A DNA stretch of 32,000 nucleotides from Longivirga aurantiaca (lineage in GTDB: Bacteria; Actinomycetota; Actinomycetes; S36-B12; CAIYMF01). The notes below the pieces were generated by a model, which was given only the letters and a program-made list of their open reading frames with translations, was not told the DNA's origin and did not search any database. Position numbers and translations under genes: made by a program. This document shows positions 24,161 to 31,960 of this stretch, one piece after another; position 1 is the stretch's first letter, and every line of letters begins with the position of its first letter. The stretch spans positions 300,001 through 332,000 of the forward strand of contig NZ_JBHSTI010000008.1 in NCBI RefSeq assembly GCF_042660085.1, given 5' to 3'.

Positions 24161-25189
24161 TCAGGCGGAGTCGCGGACGACGAGGGTGGTCGGCAGCACC
24201 TCGTGCACGGGATCGAGCTCGGGGTCGGCGAGCTGCTGCAGCAGCAGCTCGGCCATCCGCCGCCCGATGCCGGCCATCGGCTGCGACACGGTGGTGAGGG
24301 GCGGGTTCGACGTGCGGGCGGCCTCGACATCGTCGAAGCCGACGACGGCGACGTCGCCCGGCACCGACCGGCCGTGCTCGGCCAGGACCGCGATCGCACC
24401 GAAGGCCATGAGGTCGTTGGCCACGTAGACGCCGTCGAGGTCCGGCATAGCGGCAAGCAGCCGCGTCATGGCGGCACGGCCGCTGTCGGTGCTGAAGTCC
24501 CCGACGGCGACATGGTCGTCGGACGACGGCAGCCCGGCATCGGTCACGGCATCGAGCCAGCCGAGATGGCGGTCGTGCCCGGCGGCCATGTCGCGCGGAC
24601 CGGTGATGGTGACGACGCGTCGGCAGCCTCGGGCGAGCAGGTGCTCGGTGGCGGCCCGGGCGCCGCCGCGGTTGTCGGCGTCGACATACCAGACCGTCGA
24701 CGTCCCGGTGATCGGCACGCGGCCGGAGAACACGGCGGGGATGTGCATCCGCTCGATGCCGCGCACGAGCTCGACGTCGCTGTGCCCGTGGATGACGAGC
24801 AGGCCGTCGAGGCGCAGTGCCGCGAGCTCGATGAGGCGGTCGCGCTCGCGCGCGTCGCCGGCGAGGGTGAGCACCATCGCGACGTCGGCCTCGGAGAGCG
24901 CGTCGTGGGCGCCGCGCGCGACCTCGGCGAAGTACGGGTCGCTGAACAGGTGGTCGTTGCTCTCGTTGACGACGAGGCCGACGAGACCCGTGCGGCCGGT
25001 CACGAGCGAGCGCGCCGACAGGTTGGGCCTGTAGCGCAGCTCGGCCGCCGCCTTGTGCACCGCCTCGACGGCCGCGGGGCTCACGTTGGTGGCGCCGGAG
25101 AGCACCCGGCTCGCGGTGCCCCGGGAGACGCCTGCTGCCGCCGCCACCATCTCGAGGGTGGGGCGGGGGTTCTGGACGCGGCCTGCCAC
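24161..25189 (-). CDS. cebR: LacI-family transcriptional regulator, CebR-like
   Basis: 342-aa ORF with the N-terminal HTH TLEMVAAAAGVSRGTASRVLSG and a periplasmic-binding-protein-like core. It is adjacent to a GH1 gene that carries a perfect CebR box. The symbol is inferred from the operator, not from an alignment. Confidence 0.8.
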   Translation of the reverse strand: MAGRVQNPRPTLEMVAAAAGVSRGTASRVLSGATNVSPAAVEAVHKAAAELRYRPNLSARSLVTGRTGLVGLVVNESNDHLFSDPYFAEVARGAHDALSEADVAMVLTLAGDARERDRLIELAALRLDGLLVIHGHSDVELVRGIERMHIPAVFSGRVPITGTSTVWYVDADNRGGARAATEHLLARGCRRVVTITGPRDMAAGHDRHLGWLDAVTDAGLPSSDDHVAVGDFSTDSGRAAMTRLLAAMPDLDGVYVANDLMAFGAIAVLAEHGRSVPGDVAVVGFDDVEAARTSNPPLTTVSQPMAGIGRRMAELLLQQLADPELDPVHEVLPTTLVVRDSA

Positions 25190-25204
25190 CTCATGATCAT
25201 CCCA

Positions 25205-25218
25205 GGGGAGCGCTGCCT
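25205..25218. promoter_or_regulatory. Degenerate CebR-like box upstream of the LacI gene (possible autoregulation)
   Basis: GGGGAGCGCTGCCT matches TGGGAGCGCTCCCA at 11 of 14 positions, 16 nt upstream of the GTG start at 25189. Confidence 0.3.
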
Positions 25219-25284
25219 CCCGCGCGGCAGGGCGGTCGGCCGCTTCCGGCGCCGTACGTCGGAACCGCGGTGCACAGTGGGCGC

Positions 25285-25695
25285 ATGACCGACCGGCACG
25301 TCGACGTCTGGCTCGAGGTCGACGAGCACGACGCCACCTCCCGCGCCGATCTCGAGCGCCAGGTGGCCCTCGTGCGCGCCGCGTGGGAGCTGTTCGACGA
25401 GGTGCAGGACGCCGCGCCGGAGGCGCTCGCCAAGGGCCCGCGGGGCGGGGGCCGCGACACCAGCGAGATCGCGCGGCACGTGGTGGAGGCCGAGCGTGCC
25501 TACGTCCGCAAGGTCGGCGTACGGCAGATGCCGTTCGACGTGCACGACCGTGCCCTCCGCGACGCCATGCGTGCCGACGTGCTGTCGGCGTACCTCCGCG
25601 ACGACCCCGACTCGGGCTGGCCGGTGCGGTACGCCATCCGTCGCGGCACCTGGCACGTGCTCGACCACCTGCGGGAGATCCAGGACAGGTCCTGA
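25285..25695 (+). CDS. Hypothetical protein, possibly DinB-like four-helix-bundle family
   Basis: 136-aa ORF from ATG 25285 (GTG 25270 is the alternative) with good GC3. Spaced His residues (ARHVVEAERAY ... WHVLDHLREI) are reminiscent of DinB/DUF664-type metal sites. The family call is weak. Confidence 0.55.
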   Translation: MTDRHVDVWLEVDEHDATSRADLERQVALVRAAWELFDEVQDAAPEALAKGPRGGGRDTSEIARHVVEAERAYVRKVGVRQMPFDVHDRALRDAMRADVLSAYLRDDPDSGWPVRYAIRRGTWHVLDHLREIQDRS

Positions 25696-25701
25696 CGTGC
25701 A

Positions 25702-25732
25702 GCAGGGCCGCACCTCGTGGGTGCGGCCCTGC
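25702..25732. terminator. Bidirectional terminator hairpin
   Basis: Perfect 13-bp stem GCAGGGCCGCACC (25702-25714) / GGTGCGGCCCTGC (25720-25732) with a 5-nt loop. It lies between convergent stops at 25695 and 25762. Confidence 0.65.
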
Positions 25733-25761
25733 ATCGTGCGGACGAGCGTGCGGGAGGGGGG

Positions 25762-25989
25762 TCAGCCCGGCTCGTCGGTCGGGGCGAGGGGGAACTGCTC
25801 CTCCTCGCGCTGGTTGGCGCGGATCGCGGACGCGACGCCGGCGGCGCCGAGGGCCACGAGCACGACGGGCCAGACGAAGCGTCCGTCGACCGTCGCGTCG
25901 GTGATCCCGGTGATCAGGTAGACGAGGGCGAGACCGGTGAAGACGGCTCCCGCGATGAGCGAGACCCAGTCGAGGTCATGACGTCGCAC
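25762..25989 (-). CDS. Small two-TM membrane protein, co-transcribed with the PspC/LiaF-like gene
   Basis: 75-aa ORF (GTG 25989) with high GC3. It has two hydrophobic helices (VSLIAGAVFTGLALVYLITGI and FVWPVVLVALGAAGVASAI). It overlaps the upstream stop by 14 nt. Confidence 0.65.
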   Translation of the reverse strand: MRRHDLDWVSLIAGAVFTGLALVYLITGITDATVDGRFVWPVVLVALGAAGVASAIRANQREEEQFPLAPTDEPG

Positions 25990-27079
25990 GACGAACCTCC
26001 ATGCTTCCGAGGCCGATCTCGGTGGTGAGGTCGACGGTGGTGACGGTCGGCGTGGTGCCGATCGGGGTGACGGTGTGGGAGAACGACAGGCCCACGCCGG
26101 ACTGCGGGTCGGCGTCGGGGACGTCGTACTCGCCGGCTCCGATCGAGCCGTCGATCCGCACCTCGGTGTCCGCAGGCACGAGCACGATCAGCTCGCCCGC
26201 GCCCATCTGGACGCTGATGTCGGCGGGACCGCTCGGGAGCTGGCGCAGGTCGAGCGTCGCGCTGCCCGCTCCGAGGTCGAACGACTGCGTCGCCTCGGTC
26301 GGGATCCACACGCGCTCGCCCGCGCTGCCGGGCTCGTAGCTCGAGACGGCTGCTGCGCCCTGGGTGATGAGCAGCATGAGCAGCGCCGGGAAGATCAGCC
26401 AGCGCGCCCGTCCGCGCCACGCGCCGACCAGGAGGCCGGCTCCGAGGACGCCGAGCATGGCGGCGGCGACCACGACGCCGGGGATGCCGGCTCCGGCCGC
26501 GGCTGCGATGCCGAACATGCCGCCTACGACGATCGCCGCGCACAGGGCCACGAGCCCGAGGTAGCTGCGCGGCTCGGTCCGCGGCTGCGGCGCCACCGGG
26601 GTGGGCGGGCCGTAGACGGCACCGGTGCCGGGGTCGACGTACGTGCCGGTCCCGCCGGCCGCGAACGACGCGGGTGCCGCGGGTGCGGCGTACTGCGGGG
26701 CGTAGCCCGGGGCGTACGCCGGGGCGGCGTACACAGGGGTGTCGGGCATCAGGGCCCAGGCGATGATGTAGGCGATGATCAGTGCGCCGCCGGTGAAGAC
26801 GGTGCCGACCACCACGAGGATGCGGATGAGCACCGCGTCGATGCCGAGGTTCTCGGCGAGACCGCCGCAGACGCCGGTGAGGACGCGGTCGGTGCGGCTG
26901 CGCCGCAGGGCCGGCTTCGGCGGGCGGTACTGCGGCGGCGGCGCGTACGGCGGGGGAGAGCCGTACGACGATCCGGTGCCGCTGTCGGACTGCGTACCGG
27001 TGCCCGGGTTCTCCGTGGCTCCGGTGGCCGCGCCGGTGGGGTCGACCGGCTCGGCGATGGTGGGCTGGTTCTCTGTCAT
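25976..27079 (-). CDS. PspC-domain membrane protein with LiaF-like (DUF2154-type) C-terminal domain
   Basis: I start at ATG 27079 (MTENQPTIAEP...); the longer ORF-track frame continues antisense into the kinase gene. It begins with a P/G/Y-rich N-terminus. The PspC domain reads RSRTDRVLTGVCGGLAENLGIDAVLIRILVVVGTVFTGGALIIAYIIAWALMP. Several TM segments follow, then a beta-rich C-terminus GAGELIVLVPADTEVRIDGSIGAGEYDVP like LiaF. Confidence 0.85.
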   Translation of the reverse strand: MTENQPTIAEPVDPTGAATGATENPGTGTQSDSGTGSSYGSPPPYAPPPQYRPPKPALRRSRTDRVLTGVCGGLAENLGIDAVLIRILVVVGTVFTGGALIIAYIIAWALMPDTPVYAAPAYAPGYAPQYAAPAAPASFAAGGTGTYVDPGTGAVYGPPTPVAPQPRTEPRSYLGLVALCAAIVVGGMFGIAAAAGAGIPGVVVAAAMLGVLGAGLLVGAWRGRARWLIFPALLMLLITQGAAAVSSYEPGSAGERVWIPTEATQSFDLGAGSATLDLRQLPSGPADISVQMGAGELIVLVPADTEVRIDGSIGAGEYDVPDADPQSGVGLSFSHTVTPIGTTPTVTTVDLTTEIGLGSMEVRRATS

Positions 27080-27122
27080 GGCTCCACCGTCCACCCCGGC
27101 GCCGTGCCCGGGCATCGGGGAC

Positions 27123-27142
27123 CACCCCTGACGCACCCCTGA
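27123..27142. promoter_or_regulatory. Tandem 9-bp direct repeat with 11-bp period in the divergent liaF-like / kinase promoter region
   Basis: CACCCCTGA occurs at 27123-27131 and again at 27134-27142, one helical turn apart. Both copies lie inside the 97-bp gap between divergent starts (27079 and 27177). This is a candidate response-regulator binding site. Confidence 0.35.
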
Positions 27143-27176
27143 ACCCGCCCGGGGAGTTCCGGCGGGCGCTACCCCG

Positions 27177-28604
27177 ATGTGCGCGAGGGTCGCGACGGGG
27201 ATCATGGGTGCCGTGAGCATCCCTCCGCCCCCGCCGGCGCGCCCCGCGCCCGGCCCGCGCCCCCGCACTCGTGCGGTGCGCCTCCGCCGCGGACGCCTGC
27301 TCGGCGGGGTGTGCTCGGGGCTCGCCGAGCACGTCGGCTGGCAGGTCACCTGGGTGCGGGTCGCGTTCGTCGTGCTCGCGCTGTTCGGCGGGTTCGGCAT
27401 CGCGCTGTATGCCGCGTACTGGGCGTGGCTGCCGCTCGCCGCCGCCGACGGCTCGGTGGCGGACAGGGCCGAGAACGGGCGAGACCTCGCCGGAGTGCTC
27501 GGCCTGGCCGCCCTCGCGCTCGGCGTCGTGCTGTTCCTCGCCGCCCGCGGCGCCGACGTCACGACGTCGTGGATCGTGCCGCTCCTGCTGGGGGGTGCAG
27601 GTGTCGCGGTGCTCTGGCGCCAGTCCGACGACAGCCGGCGGTCCGAGCTCATCGCCGGAGTCAACGCGAGCGCCCGGGCCACCACGCGCACGGCGCTGCG
27701 CAACTCCTACCCGCGCATCGGCCTCGGCGTCGCGCTCGTCGTGCTGGGCGCGCTCGGCGTCGTCGCGTCGCAGGGCGACCTCGGGGCGTCGCTGCGCGGG
27801 CTGGCCGCGGCGATCCTCGCCCTCGTCGGCATCGGACTCGTGCTGCTGCCGTTCGGGCTCGGCTGGTGGCGCGACCTCGCGAGCGAGCGGCGTGCGCGGA
27901 TCCGCAGCGAGGAGCGGGCCGAGGTGGCCGCGCAGGTGCACGACTCCGTGCTGCAGACGCTGACGCTCATCCAGCGCGCCGCCCACGACCCCGACGAGGT
28001 CGTTCGGCTCGCGCGGACGGAGGAGCGGGCGCTGCGCCGCTGGCTCTACACGCCGACCGCGGACCCGACGTCCACCCTCGTCGGCGCGCTCGAGGCGGAG
28101 GTCGCGACGGTCGAGGGGATGTTCGCCTGCGCCGTCGAGGTCGTCCACGTCGGCGACGTGCCGCGCGACGACAGGGTCGACGCGCTGGTCGCCGCGACGC
28201 GCGAGGCCGTGGTGAACGCGGCGAAGCACGCGGGTGGCCAGGTGTCGGTGTACGTCGAGTGCGGGCGCGACGAGGTCGAGGTGTTCGTGCGCGACCGCGG
28301 CCCGGGCTTCGACCCCGACGCCGTGGCCGACGACCGGCTGGGCCTGCGCGAGTCGGTGGTCGGGCGCATGGCCCGGGCCGGCGGCACCGCCACGATCCGC
28401 TCGGCGCCGGGCGAGGGCGCGGAGGTCGCGCTGACGCTGCCGATGTCGCTCGGGGCCAAGCCGCTCCTGGTGGCGCCCGACGCGACCGCGCCATCGGCCG
28501 GCTGGCCGCCTCCCGCGCCGGCCTCGGCGCTCGCGCCGCCGCAGCCTGCTGCACCGACGTACCCCGCACCGCTCGAGCACGACCCCCGAAGGAGCACCCC
28601 GTGA
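27177..28604 (+). CDS. Sensor histidine kinase with N-terminal PspC domain (LiaS/NarX-type HisKA_3 plus HATPase)
   Basis: PspC domain: LRRGRLLGGVCSGLAEHVGWQVTWVRVAFVVLALFGGFGIALYAAYWAWLP. Four to five TM segments follow. H-box: AAQVHDSVLQTLTLIQ. ATPase blocks: NAAKHAG, DRGPGFD, GLRESVVGRMARAGG. The C-terminal tail is P/A-rich. The start is uncertain (ATG 27177 or ATG 27204). Confidence 0.85.
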   Translation: MCARVATGIMGAVSIPPPPPARPAPGPRPRTRAVRLRRGRLLGGVCSGLAEHVGWQVTWVRVAFVVLALFGGFGIALYAAYWAWLPLAAADGSVADRAENGRDLAGVLGLAALALGVVLFLAARGADVTTSWIVPLLLGGAGVAVLWRQSDDSRRSELIAGVNASARATTRTALRNSYPRIGLGVALVVLGALGVVASQGDLGASLRGLAAAILALVGIGLVLLPFGLGWWRDLASERRARIRSEERAEVAAQVHDSVLQTLTLIQRAAHDPDEVVRLARTEERALRRWLYTPTADPTSTLVGALEAEVATVEGMFACAVEVVHVGDVPRDDRVDALVAATREAVVNAAKHAGGQVSVYVECGRDEVEVFVRDRGPGFDPDAVADDRLGLRESVVGRMARAGGTATIRSAPGEGAEVALTLPMSLGAKPLLVAPDATAPSAGWPPPAPASALAPPQPAAPTYPAPLEHDPRRSTP

Positions 28605-29260
28605 ACGAGACCCCCGGCATCGGCCCCCTGCGCGTGGTGCTGGTCGACGACCACCAGATGTTCCGGTCGGGCGTGCGCGCCGAGCTCGGCGACCGCGTCG
28701 AGGTGGTGGGCGAGGCGGGCGACGCCGACGAGGCGATCGCGGTGATCATGCGCGTGCGGCCGGACGTCGTGCTCCTCGACGTCCACCTCCCCGGTGGTGG
28801 TGGGCGAGCGGTGCTCGACTCGTGCGTGACCGAGCTGCCCGCCGTGAAGTTCCTCGCGCTGTCGGTGTCGGACGCCGCCGACGACGTGATCGGCGTCGTA
28901 CGCGGCGGTGCCCGCGGCTACGTCACGAAGAACATCTCCGCGGACGACCTCGTCGACGCCATCCGGCGCGTGGCCGACGGCGACGCCGTCTTCTCGCCGC
29001 GGCTCGCCGGCTTCGTGCTCGACGCGTTCGCGTCGGGGGAGCAGGACCCGGCCGGGCACGAGGGCCTCGACCAGCTGAGCCCCCGCGAGCGCGAGGTGAT
29101 GCGGCTGATCGCCCGCGGCTACACCTACCGCGAGGTCGCCCGCGACCTGGTGCTGTCGGTGAAGACGGTCGAGACCCACGTGTCCGCCGTCCTGCGCAAG
29201 CTCCAGCTCTCGAACCGCCGCGAGCTCGCCACCTGGGCCGCCGCCCGCCACCTCGTCTGA
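28601..29260 (+). CDS. NarL/LuxR-family response regulator (LiaR-like)
   Basis: GTG 28601 has GAAGGAG 7 nt upstream and a GTGA overlap with the kinase stop. REC domain: RVVLVDDHQMFRSG...PDVVLLDVHLPGG. LuxR HTH: LSPREREVMRLIARGYTYREVARDLVLSVKTVETHVSAVLRKL. Confidence 0.9.
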   Translation: MNETPGIGPLRVVLVDDHQMFRSGVRAELGDRVEVVGEAGDADEAIAVIMRVRPDVVLLDVHLPGGGGRAVLDSCVTELPAVKFLALSVSDAADDVIGVVRGGARGYVTKNISADDLVDAIRRVADGDAVFSPRLAGFVLDAFASGEQDPAGHEGLDQLSPREREVMRLIARGYTYREVARDLVLSVKTVETHVSAVLRKLQLSNRRELATWAAARHLV

Positions 29261-29270
29261 CTCGTTCTGT

Positions 29271-29392
29271 ATGAAGGCTGGGCCCCCGCTGGGCGACGAT
29301 GGGCGAAGCCCTCGCCCAGTAGGGGACTTCATCCAATAGAGCCGAACAACTCCTCCCATCACCTCGGCGTTGTGGATGAAGGTCGCCTTCAT
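29271..29392. promoter_or_regulatory. Cluster of four ATGAAG/CTTCAT half-sites including a 17-bp palindrome
   Basis: ATGAAG occurs at 29271 and 29376; CTTCAT occurs at 29327 and 29387. The last pair forms the palindrome ATGAAGGtcgCCTTCAT (29376-29392). All four lie in the 253-bp gap between the response-regulator stop and the formaldehyde-dehydrogenase start. Confidence 0.35.
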
Positions 29393-29456
29393 GTGAAACC
29401 CGCGGGGTTGCGGTGCGGGGCACGGGGGCGGCGGGTAGGTTCGCTCGGGCCAGGGG

Positions 29457-29484
29457 GCGTACGGCGCTCCACGCGCGTACGGCG
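29457..29484. promoter_or_regulatory. 10-bp direct repeat GCGTACGGCG x2 just upstream of the dehydrogenase start
   Basis: GCGTACGGCG occurs at 29457-29466 and 29475-29484 (18-bp period). Each copy contains the palindromic core CGTACG. The repeats lie 30-57 nt upstream of ATG 29514. Confidence 0.3.
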
Positions 29485-29513
29485 TACCCACAGACGAGCA
29501 GCGGGAGCGGACG

Positions 29514-30605
29514 ATGGCGGTTCAGGTCCAGGGCGTGGTGGCGCGGAGCAAGGGTGCACCGGTCACCCTCGAGACCATCGTGGTGCCCGACCCCGGCCCG
29601 GGAGAGGCCCGCGTGAAGGTGCTGGCCTGCGGGGTCTGCCACACCGACCTGCACTACCGCGAGGGCGCAATCAACGACGAGTTCCCCTTCCTGCTCGGGC
29701 ACGAGGCGGCCGGCGTCGTCGAGTCGGTCGGCCCGGACGTCACCGACGTCGCGCCCGGCGACTACGTGATCCTCAACTGGCGCGCGGTCTGCGGGAACTG
29801 CCGGGCGTGCCTGCGCGGCCGTCCGCAGTACTGCTTCTCGACGTTCAACGCCACGCAGAAGATGACGCTCCTCGACGGCACCGAGCTCTCGCCCGCGCTC
29901 GGCATCGGCGCGTTCGCGGAGATGACCCTCGTCGCCGCCGGCCAGTGCACCAAGGTCGACCCCGCCGCGCCGCCGGAGGTCGCGGGCCTCCTCGGCTGCG
30001 GCGTGATGGCCGGGCTGGGTGCCGCCATCAACACCGGCAACGTCGGCCGCGGCGACACCGTCGCCGTCATCGGCTGCGGCGGCGTCGGCGACGCCGCGAT
30101 CGCAGGCTCCCTGCTCGCGGGCGCCCGCACGATCATCGCCGTCGACATCGACGACCGGAAGCTCGAGACCGCCAAGAAGTTCGGCGCCACCCACACGGTC
30201 AACTCGCGCACCGTGGACGCCGTCGAGGCGATCCGCGAGGCCACCGGCGGCTTCGGGGCCGACGTCGTCATCGAGGCGATCGGCCGCCCGGAGACGTACG
30301 AGCAGGCGTTCTACGCGCGCGACCTCGCCGGCACCGTCGTGCTCGTCGGCGTGCCCGACCCGTCGATGAGGATCGAGCTCCCGCTCATCGAGTTCTTCGG
30401 CCGCGGCGGCGCGCTCAAGTCGAGCTGGTACGGCGACTGCCTCCCCTCCCGCGACTTCCCCATGCTGATCGACCTCTACCTGCAGGGCCGTCTCCCGCTC
30501 GGCGACTTCGTGTCCGAGACGATCGGCATCGGCGACGTCGAGGCCGCGTTCGAGAAGATGCACCACGGCGACGTGCTGCGCTCCGTCGTGGTGATGGGGT
30601 CGTGA
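29514..30605 (+). CDS. Zn-dependent class-III alcohol dehydrogenase: S-(hydroxymethyl)mycothiol (formaldehyde) dehydrogenase type
   Basis: 363-aa ORF. Catalytic Zn ligands are in CGVCHTDLH and [12 protein letters not shown]. The structural Zn Cys cluster reads [15 protein letters not shown]. Rossmann motif: [14 protein letters not shown]. The C-terminus [11 protein letters not shown] and the downstream MBL partner are typical of the actinobacterial MscR/AdhE2-MBL pair. Confidence 0.85.
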   Translation: MAVQVQGVVARSKGAPVTLETIVVPDPGPGEARVKVLACGVCHTDLHYREGAINDEFPFLLGHEAAGVVESVGPDVTDVAPGDYVILNWRAVCGNCRACLRGRPQYCFSTFNATQKMTLLDGTELSPALGIGAFAEMTLVAAGQCTKVDPAAPPEVAGLLGCGVMAGLGAAINTGNVGRGDTVAVIGCGGVGDAAIAGSLLAGARTIIAVDIDDRKLETAKKFGATHTVNSRTVDAVEAIREATGGFGADVVIEAIGRPETYEQAFYARDLAGTVVLVGVPDPSMRIELPLIEFFGRGGALKSSWYGDCLPSRDFPMLIDLYLQGRLPLGDFVSETIGIGDVEAAFEKMHHGDVLRSVVVMGS

Positions 30606-31228
30606 CCGCGAAGGTCGAGCGGCTCGTCACGAGCGGCGTCTTCAGCCTCGACGGCCAGGACTTCGACGTCGACAACAACGTCTGGCTGATCGGCGACGAG
30701 TCCGAGGTGGTCGTGATCGACGCCGCGCACGACTCCGGCGCGATCATCTCCGAGGTCGGCGGACGACGCGTCGTCGCGATCATCTGCACGCACGGCCACA
30801 ACGACCACATCACCGCGGCGGCCGACGTCGCAGCCGCCACCGGCGCCGAGATCAGGCTCCATCCGGACGACACGATGCTGTGGGACGTCGTCCACCCCGG
30901 GGTCGAGTTCACGCCGCTGGCGGACGGCGACGCGATCGAGGTCGCGGGCACGAGCCTGCAGGTGCTGCACACCCCGGGCCACTCGCCCGGCGGCGTCTGC
31001 CTCTACGCACCCGACCTCGGCGTCCTCGTGTCGGGAGACACCCTCTTCCACGGCGGCCCGGGCGCCACGGGCCGGTCGTTCAGCAGCTTCCCGACGATCC
31101 TCGGCTCCATCCGCGACCGGCTTCTCACGCTGCCCGCCGGCACCCGTGTCCTGACGGGCCACGGCGACGAGACGACGATCGGCGCCGAGGCGGACGACTA
31201 CGACGCGTGGGTCGCGCGCGGCCACTGA
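30602..31228 (+). CDS. MBL-fold metallo-hydrolase (glyoxalase-II-like thioesterase partner of the formaldehyde dehydrogenase)
   Basis: GTG 30602 overlaps the upstream stop (GTGA). The metal motif is ICTHGHNDH (HxHxDH), followed by HTPGHSPG and GHG. The upstream portion of the ORF-track frame (29372-30601) is a shadow ORF. Confidence 0.85.
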   Translation: MTAKVERLVTSGVFSLDGQDFDVDNNVWLIGDESEVVVIDAAHDSGAIISEVGGRRVVAIICTHGHNDHITAAADVAAATGAEIRLHPDDTMLWDVVHPGVEFTPLADGDAIEVAGTSLQVLHTPGHSPGGVCLYAPDLGVLVSGDTLFHGGPGATGRSFSSFPTILGSIRDRLLTLPAGTRVLTGHGDETTIGAEADDYDAWVARGH

Positions 31229-31337
31229 CGGCAACCCGGCACCGGGTAGGGCGCGTCCGCTGCATCGGGGACGCCCCCTCGCTCATCCCGACCCGAGGTG
31301 GGCGGGGACCGGTGCCGGACGGGGTAGCCTCCGAGAC

Positions 31338-31691
31338 GTGGAGATCCTGTTCAAGATCCTTGTCGTCCTGCACTTCGTCGGCCTCGCGAGCCTGCTCGGC
31401 GGCTTCCTCGTGCAGATGAGCACCAAGCCGCGCGGCATCAACAACGCGATGCTGCACGGCGTCCTGACCCAGGTGGTCACGGGCATCGCGATAGTGGGGA
31501 TCATCTCCGCAGACCTCCTTGAGGACGAGACGGTCGACAACAGCAAGATCGGCGTGAAGCTCCTGATCGCGCTCTTCGTGCTCGGCGCCGTCCTCCTCGG
31601 ACGTCGCAAGCCCGCCGACGAGCAGCAGCCCTACTGGGCCGCCGCGGGTGCGTTGACGCTGGTCAACGTCATCGTCGCCGTCTTCGTCTAG
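31338..31691 (+). CDS. Small integral membrane protein (4 predicted TM), unknown function
   Basis: 117-aa ORF with a GTG start and GC3-rich codons. Hydrophobic segments include ILVVLHFVGLASLLGGFLV, VLTQVVTGIAIVGII, VKLLIALFVLGAVLLG and AAAGALTLVNVIVAVFV. Confidence 0.6.
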   Translation: MEILFKILVVLHFVGLASLLGGFLVQMSTKPRGINNAMLHGVLTQVVTGIAIVGIISADLLEDETVDNSKIGVKLLIALFVLGAVLLGRRKPADEQQPYWAAAGALTLVNVIVAVFV

Positions 31692-31709
31692 GCGGTCCGA
31701 GCGCCCGGT

Positions 31710-31739
31710 TTGGGCGATCCCGGACCCCGGGCCTAGACT
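31710..31739 (+). promoter_or_regulatory. Candidate sigma-70-type promoter for the downstream long leader
   Basis: TTGGGC (31710-31715), an 18-nt spacer, then TAGACT (31734-31739, which fits TANNNT). This predicts a TSS near 31746 and a leader of roughly 215 nt before the GTG at 31961. Confidence 0.3.
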
Positions 31740-31960
31740 CATGGGGCTCCCCGGCGAGGGTGCGCCGGCCGCGAGGCCAGCGTGTCGTGATCGACGCGGA
31801 CCGCGCGGTTGCTGCGCGCCCGCATCTGTCACTGCCGAGGCGCCGACCGCCCCCGCCGCGAGGCGCGGCACCCCACGTTGCACGTGGCCTCCCCGGCCAC
31901 GAACCCCTGCGTGCTGCGCATCTCACGCGTGCAGCCCGCGAACGACAGATGGAGACACCA

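Noticed and set aside
25914-28580. 888-aa minus-strand ORF, the longest in the track
   Set aside because: It is extremely R/G/P/H-rich with no motifs. It lies antisense to the well-supported PspC kinase and overlaps the PspC/LiaF-like gene out of frame. This is a classic high-GC shadow ORF.
27179-28600. Long plus-strand frame fused upstream of the response regulator (693-aa ORF 27179..29260)
   Set aside because: Only the part from GTG 28601 onward has REC and LuxR motifs. The upstream part is an out-of-frame overlap of the kinase gene with an R/A/G-rich translation.
29271-29396. Mini-ORFs in the dehydrogenase leader (MKAGPPLGDDGRSPRPV at 29271-29321; MKVAFM at 29376-29396) as leader peptides
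   Set aside because: Neither has a convincing RBS, and I cannot assess conservation. The ATG triplets are better explained as part of the repeated ATGAAG motif. I kept this only as a remark inside the leader finding.
29372-30601. Upstream 410 codons of the 618-aa ORF that ends as the MBL hydrolase
   Set aside because: This is an out-of-frame shadow of the alcohol-dehydrogenase gene. The MBL motifs begin only after GTG 30602.
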